In this document: piece by piece, positions 1 to 7,630 of the stretch
Layout: every line of letters begins with the position of its first letter
Position numbering within the stretch: position 1 is the first letter of the stretch
Source of the DNA: Pseudomonadota bacterium
GTDB lineage: Bacteria; Bdellovibrionota_C; UBA2361; OMII01
Reading direction: 5' to 3'
Assembly (NCBI GenBank): GCA_046300175.1
Contig: JBKCMS010000094.1
Location: forward strand, 366-64,365
Length of the DNA: 64,000 bases
Program-made: the position numbers and the translations under genes
The notes under the pieces: generated by a model
What the model saw: only the letters and a program-made list of their open reading frames with translations
Database searches by the model: none
Told to the model about the DNA's origin: nothing

Positions 1-1123
1 CCGAGGAGATAAGGGATGAAATAGATGACTCTGCAACTCCTAATCTAGCCGAGAGCGCCGGATGAACTAGCATCTGAAGAGTGTCTGACCCAACAGTAGT
101 GGTTAGCTGGGGATTGTTCGGTAAGCCAGGAGCTGCCAGACCGGCTGGAAATTTGGCTGGAGATGTGAATACCCGTATCTCATCCCACAGGTCTGCTTCG
201 ATAAACTGATTCAAAGTTGCAGTGCCGCCTTCAATGATAATCGATAGTATCTGCTTACGATAGAGTGCATTGCAAACCTGCATCGCAAGCGGTGAGTCAG
301 GATCATATGGCTCCACCGAGATGTGAGGCTCGGTGCGTCTGTAGGGCGTTCCGCTCGGCGAGAATACGAGAGTTGGCGCATCAGTCTGCCAGAGCGCAAG
401 GCTTGAGGGGAGTCGCTGAGCGTTTCCGATAACTACTCGCGTCGGTTGCCGGGGAGGAAGCTCGTGTTCATGATAGAGGTTGCAGTGTCTAGCCGTCAGG
501 CGCGGGTTGTCTCCGCGAGCAGTAGCATTACCAACAGCGATCGCCATCTCTTGGCCACGCCAGTAGTGCACGAGGTGTTGAGAGATTTCGGAGCTGATAG
601 TGACCGGTTCTCTGCTTAAGGGTGCAACAAGGCCATTTTGTGTCTGCGCCCACTTCAAAATGATGTAAGGACGGTGAAGTCGGTGTGACAGTATAAAGCG
701 GCTGTTGGCCAGAACGCATGCGTCATGAAGGATTCCTTCGATGACTTCCAATCCGGCTGAGCGAAGGGTTTCAATACCCCGACCAGATACCTGTGGAAAT
801 GGGTCCCTACAGCCGACAACAACGCGGGGAATCCTTGAGGCGATGATGCGATCGACGCAGGGCCCTGTTTTTCCTATGTGCGAACAGGGCTCGAGGGTGA
901 CATAGATAGTTGATGCGGGCAGGTCAGCAGTTTTAAGTACGGCGTTGATTGCGTTTACTTCGGCGTGAGGCCCTCCGAAAAACTCATGGTGACCTTCACC
1001 AATCACTTTATGCTCTGCAACAATCACCGCTCCAACGGTTGGGTTTGGAAGTACCTGGCGAGTAGCTGAGGCTGCCAGCGCCAGGGCGCGCTCCATGTAT
1101 CGATGATCCGCGCCGGTTACCAT
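1..1123 (-). CDS. ribD: Riboflavin biosynthesis protein RibD (pyrimidine deaminase / uracil reductase); 3' end runs off the window
   Basis: Hand translation of the minus strand from the ATG at 1123-1121 gives MVTGADHRYMERALALAASATRQVLPNPTVGAVIV...GGPHAEVNAI...TLEPCSHIGKTGPC (cytidine-deaminase-type H-A-E / PCxxC zinc motifs), then ...YIILKWAQTQNGLVA..., a reductase-type segment. I checked codon by codon that the frame stays open from about 300 down to base 2. The ORF is missing from the supplied track, presumably because no stop codon lies inside the window. Confidence 0.85.
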   Translation of the reverse strand, partial: MVTGADHRYMERALALAASATRQVLPNPTVGAVIVAEHKVIGEGHHEFFGGPHAEVNAINAVLKTADLPASTIYVTLEPCSHIGKTGPCVDRIIASRIPRVVVGCRDPFPQVSGRGIETLRSAGLEVIEGILHDACVLANSRFILSHRLHRPYIILKWAQTQNGLVAPLSREPVTISSEISQHLVHYWRGQEMAIAVGNATARGDNPRLTARHCNLYHEHELPPRQPTRVVIGNAQRLPSSLALWQTDAPTLVFSPSGTPYRRTEPHISVEPYDPDSPLAMQVCNALYRKQILSIIIEGGTATLNQFIEADLWDEIRVFTSPAKFPAGLAAPGLPNNPQLTTTVGSDTLQMLVHPALSARLGVAESSISSLISS

Positions 1124-1152
1124 ACTGTTACAAATTAGTTAGCGTTGCACGT

Positions 1153-2136
1153 TTAGGAGGTCGGCAATGTGCCGGCTGTAACGAATATTTCAGGGGTACC
1201 TCCAGGGGTGATATCTGCGCCGGTTTTATTCAACCACTCACTACGATTATTATCCTCGCTGGATTGTTTTAAAGACATTAGTAGCGTTCCACGTATCTCT
1301 GCGGGCAGCGATATCTCCTGGCCGACCCATGCAGGGGTTGAAGTTGGTATCTCATGCCCCTCCATGTAGGCATCCATCAGGCATTCGGCGAGGCGAAAAG
1401 GCACGCCGAAAGTCGGATCCGGGGTCAGAGATGTGCTCCTCTCGACAGCGCCTACGAATTGCATCGCAGCAGACCGGGGATATCCCATCTGCTCTAGTAG
1501 CAAGCTGGCTATCTGAACCGTAGTGCACTGCCACACCCGCTGCTCAAACTCTAAATCGAACGAGACGTCTTTAGCCTTTAGATGCTGGCGGTATTCCTTG
1601 AAAGCCTTGCGGTTTTCCCGCATAAGTGGAGCAAAAGCCAGGTAGCGCATCCCGCGGGTAAGAAGTCCCAGTCCCAGGCCCACTTCGTTTATATTTTTGC
1701 CTAGCTGCCCCCCGATAGCTAGCGACTCATAGAGCGGCGTTTGTACGTACTCCCACTCCTCCTTATCGATACGTTTGCTCAAATTTTTAAAAAGGTAGCA
1801 GAGAGTTAGGATCGCTGCATGGTCAATAGGATTGTAGGCCTTCAGGAAATCTTGAGGGGTAAGGTGAGGCTTGGCTGTGATCACTTCGGGGCGAAACTGC
1901 TTGGAAAAAAAGTAGTATATCGCTTTGATTGTGTCGTTCTTGATCAGTCTGACGATGTGATTGCTGCCGCCAGGAGACATCGGCAGAGAATTTGAGTGAG
2001 CGGCTGCGAGAAGACGTATGGCCTCAGTGAAATTTGCGGCCACGGTTCCAAAAGGTTTAATAAGCTCAGAGGCGGTGCTCCACCCTAAGGCCAGACCTAG
2101 ATCCCGCCCGGCCGATGTTGATGTTGATTCGGTCAT
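1153..2136 (-). CDS. Hypothetical protein, possibly an HDOD-like signalling/regulatory domain
   Basis: 327-aa ORF 30 nt upstream of ribD on the same strand. It looks helical and soluble. The segment ...GLGLGLLTRGMRYLAFAPLM... is loosely reminiscent of HDOD domains, but I see no diagnostic motif. Confidence 0.55.
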   Translation of the reverse strand: MTESTSTSAGRDLGLALGWSTASELIKPFGTVAANFTEAIRLLAAAHSNSLPMSPGGSNHIVRLIKNDTIKAIYYFFSKQFRPEVITAKPHLTPQDFLKAYNPIDHAAILTLCYLFKNLSKRIDKEEWEYVQTPLYESLAIGGQLGKNINEVGLGLGLLTRGMRYLAFAPLMRENRKAFKEYRQHLKAKDVSFDLEFEQRVWQCTTVQIASLLLEQMGYPRSAAMQFVGAVERSTSLTPDPTFGVPFRLAECLMDAYMEGHEIPTSTPAWVGQEISLPAEIRGTLLMSLKQSSEDNNRSEWLNKTGADITPGGTPEIFVTAGTLPTS

Positions 2137-2185
2137 CAGAAAAACCCCTAGGCCTCATCGAAAAGACGATGAGGGATTTTAGAGT

Positions 2186-2371
2186 CTAGAACTGGTCTCA
2201 AAAGCAATTTCTGCTGCGGTTGACGATATGCGTGCTGCGACTTCGTTAAACTTCGCGAAAAATCCTCAGCGTATCTAGGTGGATACAACTCTTGGTCTTT
2301 CGCTTGTTTTCCTAGTCTCGCCTGGCATCTCGCCAACCTCGCTACGAAGCTACTTTTGAGACCAGTTCTAG
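2186..2371 (+). mobile_element. MITE-like element, family A, copy A1 (non-coding, 186 bp)
   Basis: Perfect 19-bp terminal inverted repeat: CTAGAACTGGTCTCAAAAG (2186-2204) and CTTTTGAGACCAGTTCTAG (2353-2371). If the termini are read as GAACTGG...CCAGTTC, both ends are flanked by TA. The body aligns with copies at 4744-4931 and 40235-40379. Only a short low-complexity ORF overlaps it. Confidence 0.8.
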
Positions 2372-2496
2372 GTTAGCCGGAGAACTGTGTTAGGTTTAAT
2401 CTACCAGCTCTCTAATCTCTTGTGAACCCATCCTTTCGGGTCGCAAAAATTAGCTCAGGATAAAGAAGTTAGGTTGTTGTTTTGATTCAGACCCAC

Positions 2497-4548
2497 TCAG
2501 GCCTCGCAGTCAAGTAGCCCAGAGCGTTCAAGTAGGGGGCGAATGTCAGCCTTTCGGCCCATAAAGCGCTGAAAGAGAGTCTCAGGGTCCTCTGAGTCGC
2601 CGCGACTCAAAACGACATCACGAAATGCAAGTCCGGTATCACAGTTGAATAAACCTTCCTTGATGAAGCGAGAAAAAGCGTCGGCATCGAGTACCTCAGC
2701 CCATTGGTACGAATAGTAACCCGCAGCGTAGCCCACCGGCGAGCTGAACAGATGGGTGAATGTCAGTATCATTGAGTAATCTTCGGGCAGGGGCACGGCG
2801 GCAAAGTCCGACAGTATTGAGCGGGCGAATTTAACCACGTCAGGGTGCTCGTTAGCGTCGTATTCGCGGTGCAGGGCCAAATCAACAGTTGAAAATCCGA
2901 CCTGGCGCATGAGATGCGACGCGCTGCGGAAGTTGCGCGCCGCGACCATTTTTTTAAATAAAGACTCAGGGATCCCTTCTCCAGTTTGATGGTGGGCAGC
3001 GCATAGCGCGAGTGATTCTCGGTCCCAGCACCAGTTTTCTAGAATTTGCGAAGGCAGCTCTATGAAATCCCACGCTACGCTAGACATCGACTGGTTGCGT
3101 AACTCGGTGGTGTTACACAGCAGGTGTAGAAGGTGGCCAAATTCGTGGAAAAGAGTTGTTACCTCGTCATGAGTGAGTAGAGCTGGAATTTCCCCGTTTG
3201 GCGGGGAGAAATTGCCGGCGATTAGGCCCACATGAGGCAGCTCTGGTCCATCAACTCGGGAGTTGGTAACCAAGCTATTCATCCAGGCTCCACCGCGCTT
3301 GTTCTCGCGCGGGAAAAAGTCGGCGTAGAAGTGTCCGACTAAAGCCTTGGTTTTGGTGTCAAATGCCGAGTATGCAGTCACCAGTGGATCCCATGTTTGC
3401 AAATCCTGATTTGCCACCACAGAGATGCCAAAGACCCGTTCGACAATAGTAAAGAGACCTTTGAGTACATGAGGGAGAGGGAAATATGGACGCAGGTCCT
3501 CAGCATCGAAATCGTAGCGAGCTTTGCGCATCTTCTCAACGTAGTATGGGATATCCCAAGGCTTAATGTCGTCCTTTGCAACACCGAAGCTGTCTTTAAC
3601 AAATTGGAAGAGCTCCTGGTTATCTCGCTTGAAGTGAGGCTCGATGTGACCACGGAGCTTAAGTACAAAGTTGCTAGCCTGCGCCCCATTTTGGGCCATA
3701 CGGTCTGCTAAGATCAGGTCAGAAAAATCCTTAAACCCCAGAATCTGGGCCTTCTCCGAGCGTAGCTTGAGTATGGATTTAAGACACTCACGGTTATCGA
3801 GGGGTCCTTGCGAACAGCGCGAGTTATATGCCCGGTAGAAATGCTCGCGCAGCTCACGACTATCTGCGTGAGTCATGATCGCTATGAAGCTAGGTGCCTG
3901 CAAAGTGAAGCGCCAGCCATCAATATTTTTTGCGGCAGCTGACTCTCTACTCATATCAAGCGCACTCTCTGGTAATCCAGAGAGGTCAGTGTGCTGCGTT
4001 GTAACGTATTCAAAAGCGTTCGTGGCATCTAGAGTGTGCTGGGAGAATGTATTGGTAAGGTTGGCTAGCTCAGTATTAATCTCTGCCAAGCGTTTCTTGT
4101 CGGCAGCGTTAAGTTCGGCGCCACTACGACGAAATGAATCGATCGTTTTATCAAGGAAACGTTTGCGATGGTCGGCAAGGGCAACAGCTTCAGGAGTTTG
4201 AGCAAAGCTCGTGAGAGCACCCCAGAGACCTTCATCAAGGATCAGTTTAGATTGAAACTCAGTCACCTTAGGCAGCACCGAGTTATACGCTTCGCGCCAC
4301 TCGGTATTTGTTGCAACGGACTCAAGATGCGCCACAATGTCCATGGAAAAGTCGAGTCCAACTCCCAGGTTGTCGAGTGCTAGAAGAGTGTTGTCAAATG
4401 TACGTGGGGGAGGAGCGAGATTGATCTTCTCAAGCTCTTCATTTGCCTTTGCAAGTGAAGAATCAATCGCCTCCACTATGTGCGTATGGTCGAACGAGTT
4501 AAATTGAAGGTTTGAAGTTCTAACTGTAAGGGGGTTGGACTTGATCAT
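2497..4548 (-). CDS. M3-family zinc oligopeptidase (oligopeptidase A / thimet-like)
   Basis: HEFGH zinc motif (...TLFHEFGHLLHLL...). Length and overall layout are typical of M3 peptidases. I chose the start at the ATG at 4548 (MIKSNPLTV...); the track start at 4668 adds 40 residues that run toward the repeat-rich spacer. Confidence 0.85.
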   Translation of the reverse strand: MIKSNPLTVRTSNLQFNSFDHTHIVEAIDSSLAKANEELEKINLAPPPRTFDNTLLALDNLGVGLDFSMDIVAHLESVATNTEWREAYNSVLPKVTEFQSKLILDEGLWGALTSFAQTPEAVALADHRKRFLDKTIDSFRRSGAELNAADKKRLAEINTELANLTNTFSQHTLDATNAFEYVTTQHTDLSGLPESALDMSRESAAAKNIDGWRFTLQAPSFIAIMTHADSRELREHFYRAYNSRCSQGPLDNRECLKSILKLRSEKAQILGFKDFSDLILADRMAQNGAQASNFVLKLRGHIEPHFKRDNQELFQFVKDSFGVAKDDIKPWDIPYYVEKMRKARYDFDAEDLRPYFPLPHVLKGLFTIVERVFGISVVANQDLQTWDPLVTAYSAFDTKTKALVGHFYADFFPRENKRGGAWMNSLVTNSRVDGPELPHVGLIAGNFSPPNGEIPALLTHDEVTTLFHEFGHLLHLLCNTTELRNQSMSSVAWDFIELPSQILENWCWDRESLALCAAHHQTGEGIPESLFKKMVAARNFRSASHLMRQVGFSTVDLALHREYDANEHPDVVKFARSILSDFAAVPLPEDYSMILTFTHLFSSPVGYAAGYYSYQWAEVLDADAFSRFIKEGLFNCDTGLAFRDVVLSRGDSEDPETLFQRFMGRKADIRPLLERSGLLDCEA

Positions 4549-4681
4549 GGTGCGGTGCTTGCATATAGCGCCGATCTCAGCACAATCGGCAGAGCGGCTC
4601 ATTTGATATAGAATACAGTATCCAGAAATCCGGATAAAGCCAATTTCCGGAGCCAGTTTAAGAGACAAGCCTGCGCAAGTG

Positions 4682-4701
4682 ATTTTTGAAAAAGCCCACC
4701 C
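4682..4701. repeat. Short intergenic motif ATTTTTGAAAAA + GCCCACCC (site 1 of 4)
   Basis: The exact 12-mer ATTTTTGAAAAA at 4682-4693 is directly followed by GCCCACCC. The same 12-mer recurs at 39944, 52077 and 57247, with a CCCACCC/GGGTGGG or CCCAGCC motif nearby. Confidence 0.6.
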
Positions 4702-4743
4702 GCACTTATCGCCCCCTGATCGGGGATACCCAGTATTTGGTGA

Positions 4744-4931
4744 GTAGAACTGGTCTTATAAGTATCTTCTGCTGCGGTTGAAGAGATGCGGGCTGCGACT
4801 TCGTCAAACTTCGCGAAAAAATCCTTGAGTGTATCTCAGTGGATACACCTCCGGTTTTTTCGCTCGTTTTCCTCGTCTAGCCTCACATCTCGCCAACCTC
4901 GCGAAGAAGCTACTTTTGAGACCAGTTCTAG
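4744..4931 (+). mobile_element. MITE-like element, family A, copy A2 (188 bp)
   Basis: Left end GTAGAACTGGTCTTATAAG and right end CTTTTGAGACCAGTTCTAG, with TA flanks. Internal hairpin GTGTATC-tcagtg-GATACAC (4829-4848), followed by a T tract at 4855-4860. Same orientation as A1 and collinear with it. Confidence 0.8.
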
Positions 4932-5029
4932 TTACTTTTCAGGAATTAATGAGGGTGGGTTCGCCTCTTGGAGCCAGCTCACAAAGCTGCTGTTTCACTG
5001 GCCAGTGTGATGCGCTATCTTTAGAAACT

Positions 5030-6616
5030 ATGAAGCAGGTTGATTTTCTAGTAATTGGCGGTGGTATCGCCGGACTAACATACGCTCTCAAAGTGGCCGA
5101 CCACGGAAGTGTGGCGATTCTCTTTAAGAAGGACACCGGTACGTCATCGACCCTCTGGGCTCAGGGCGGGATCGCTGCGGTAATGCAACCCGATGACAGC
5201 TTCGATCTGCACGTAGAGGACACGCTTACCTGCGGAGCTGGCTTGTGCGACCCAGAGGTAGTTCGGATGGTGGTAACCGAAGGGCCGGATCGGGTGCGCG
5301 ACCTGATTGCACGTGGCACTCTCTTTGATACAGATGAAAGTGGCGATTTTCACCTACACCGCGAAGGCGGGCACTCGCGAAGACGGATATTTCACTCAGG
5401 AGACGCTACTGGTTTTGAGATTCAACGGGCTTTACTTGGCGCTGTTCAGAGACATCCGAATATCGAGTTGATTCGCTTCGCCAGTGCGATTGATTTGATC
5501 ACAACCCATAAGATGGGTATCTCATCGGCGGCAGCTAACAAGGTGCTTGGCGCCTACGTTTTTCGGGCCGGCGCGGCGATAGAGCCGATCTTGGCAGATA
5601 AGGTGTTAGTAGCAACCGGAGGAGCGGGGAAGATATACCTCTACACGTCAAACCCCGATGTGGCTACTGGCGACGGGATAGCGATGTGTTATCGGGCAGG
5701 CTGTCGCGTTGCAAATATGGAGTTCATTCAGTTTCACCCAACCTGTTTGTTCCATCCTCAAGCCAAGAGCTTCCTAATCACTGAAGCGATGCGTGGCGAA
5801 GGGGCCTACCTTCTCCGGTCGAATGGCGATCGTTTTATGGGGCGGTACGATTCGCGACTTGAGTTGGCTCCACGAGATATCGTGGCTCGAGCAATCGATG
5901 CTGAGATGAAGCTTCACGGGGATGAGTATGTTCTGCTTGATATTTCGCATCGCGATGCGGAGTTCGTAAAGGCGCATTTCCCGACGATATACGAGCGTTG
6001 CTTGAGTTTTGGTTTCGATATCACCAAAGGGCCAATTCCCGTTGTGCCCGCCGCGCACTATATGTGTGGCGGGGTGATGAGCGATGTGCATGGAGCAACT
6101 GATATTGTTGATCTGTACGTAGCAGGTGAATGTGCGTTCACCGGATTGCACGGCGCTAATAGGCTAGCATCCAATTCATTACTTGAAGGTGTCGTATTCG
6201 GTCATAGAGCAGCGGCGCACTCAGTTGAAAATCGAGGTAAAAACCGAGTTTCTGTGGTCCCAAGACCGTGGGACCCCGGCAGTGCTGTGGATAGCGATGA
6301 GCAGGTTGTGATCACGCAGAATTGGGATGAGATTCGGCGGACTATGTGGAATTATGTGGGGATCGTCCGCACAACAAAGAGGCTTGAGCGCGCGCTCCAT
6401 CGCATGGAGCTGATTAGACGCGAGATTCAGGAGTACTACACTCAATGTGTCGTGACACCAGACCTGCTTGAGCTGCGCAACCTGCATCTGGTGTCAGAGC
6501 TGGTGATTCGCTGTGCGTTGGCGCGTCGAGAGAGTCGCGGTTTGCATTACACCCTAGACTTCAAGGGCACCGGTGTAAAAGCCGAGAATACAATCCTTAG
6601 TCGATTCGGGGCTTGA
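5030..6616 (+). CDS. nadB: L-aspartate oxidase
   Basis: MKQVDFLVIGGGIAGLTYA dinucleotide-binding N-terminus; ...RMVVTEGPDRVRDL..., ...HPTCL..., ...HGANRLASNSLLEG... and the C-terminal ...ESRGLHY... are typical of NadB and the fumarate-reductase flavoprotein family. The track start at 4829 lies inside MITE A2, so I treat it as a spurious extension. Confidence 0.9.
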   Translation: MKQVDFLVIGGGIAGLTYALKVADHGSVAILFKKDTGTSSTLWAQGGIAAVMQPDDSFDLHVEDTLTCGAGLCDPEVVRMVVTEGPDRVRDLIARGTLFDTDESGDFHLHREGGHSRRRIFHSGDATGFEIQRALLGAVQRHPNIELIRFASAIDLITTHKMGISSAAANKVLGAYVFRAGAAIEPILADKVLVATGGAGKIYLYTSNPDVATGDGIAMCYRAGCRVANMEFIQFHPTCLFHPQAKSFLITEAMRGEGAYLLRSNGDRFMGRYDSRLELAPRDIVARAIDAEMKLHGDEYVLLDISHRDAEFVKAHFPTIYERCLSFGFDITKGPIPVVPAAHYMCGGVMSDVHGATDIVDLYVAGECAFTGLHGANRLASNSLLEGVVFGHRAAAHSVENRGKNRVSVVPRPWDPGSAVDSDEQVVITQNWDEIRRTMWNYVGIVRTTKRLERALHRMELIRREIQEYYTQCVVTPDLLELRNLHLVSELVIRCALARRESRGLHYTLDFKGTGVKAENTILSRFGA

Positions 6617-6888
6617 CACGCTCACCTAATGCTGACAGGGCACAAGGCACAGGGCGTTAGTAGAATAAAAACAGCGTTTGGACATGAAGGGATATTCCAT
6701 TATTTTCAATTCTGATCTACAAGTTAGCGCGAAGCTCATCCTTTGTTTCGCGGCTGTAGCCTGCGGAGCGGTGAGTATTCGGTAATGAGTAGCAGGTAAC
6801 ATCTGCAAAGAGTGGGGCTCGACAACTTTATTTGAGGTTGTCGAACAGAGTCTCGGATCTTCGCAGAAACCTCATTTCGTCTCTATCC

Positions 6889-7584
6889 ATGATAACAAGA
6901 ATCAGACTTGCGTTGTTCGGTGTGTGCGCGCTCGCCCTCACTGCATTGTGTGTGAATACAGAATCCCTGACAGGAGGCTGGAGCTTTTTCAAAAGCGAGG
7001 ATGCGGTGGCACAAAATGCCTCTCAGTCGACGTATCCCGCGGTGGGTGTTCGTGCCGGCGTGTATAACGACGGCCAGGCGGCTCTCTGGGACCTCAACAT
7101 AACCGACCATTTTCACTACTTTGGTCCAGCGCAGAGAGCGCGAGGTTATAAGCCTGACCAGCCGATCAATTTTAGCCATGTCATCCATGTGCAACAAAAC
7201 AAAATGGAGTGTCAGTACTGCCACTGGTCAGTTAGTAAGGCTGCCTACGCGGCTATCCCAGAAGAGGAGACCTGCATGGGATGCCACGGCGCGCTGATTG
7301 CCGGAAAGAGTGAGCAGGGCAAGAAGGACATTGAGAAGCTCAAGGATTACTACAAGCGTGGAGAGCCGATACCGTGGGTGAAGGTGCACGTTATGCCGGA
7401 TCATGTGAAGTTTAATCACAAGCGCCACGTGAAGGCCGGTGTATCGTGTCAGGAGTGCCACGGCCAGATACCTGAGATGGAGAAGGTGGAGCGAGTGTCC
7501 TCAATGAAGATGGGGTGGTGTATCAGCTGCCACCGCGAGAAGGGTGCCAGTATAGATTGTTTAACCTGTCACGGACATCGGTAG
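6889..7584 (+). CDS. actA: Alternative Complex III subunit ActA (pentahaem cytochrome c)
   Basis: Five CxxCH motifs (CQYCH, CMGCH, CQECH, CISCH, CLTCH). N-terminal signal anchor MITRIRLALFGVCALALTAL. First gene of an actABCDEF-ordered operon. The start could instead be at 6832. Confidence 0.85.
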   Translation: MITRIRLALFGVCALALTALCVNTESLTGGWSFFKSEDAVAQNASQSTYPAVGVRAGVYNDGQAALWDLNITDHFHYFGPAQRARGYKPDQPINFSHVIHVQQNKMECQYCHWSVSKAAYAAIPEEETCMGCHGALIAGKSEQGKKDIEKLKDYYKRGEPIPWVKVHVMPDHVKFNHKRHVKAGVSCQECHGQIPEMEKVERVSSMKMGWCISCHREKGASIDCLTCHGHR

Positions 7585-7630
7585 TTAATCGTCAAGTTTT
7601 AATTATTTCAGACTTTAGTAGAGGTCAAAG

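Noticed and set aside
6819-6844. An 8-bp stem hairpin, TCGACAAC-N10-GTTGTCGA, in the actA leader.
   Set aside because: There is no T tract and it lies about 200 nt after the nadB stop, so it is not a convincing terminator. It overlaps the alternative actA start region. I cannot assign a function from sequence alone.
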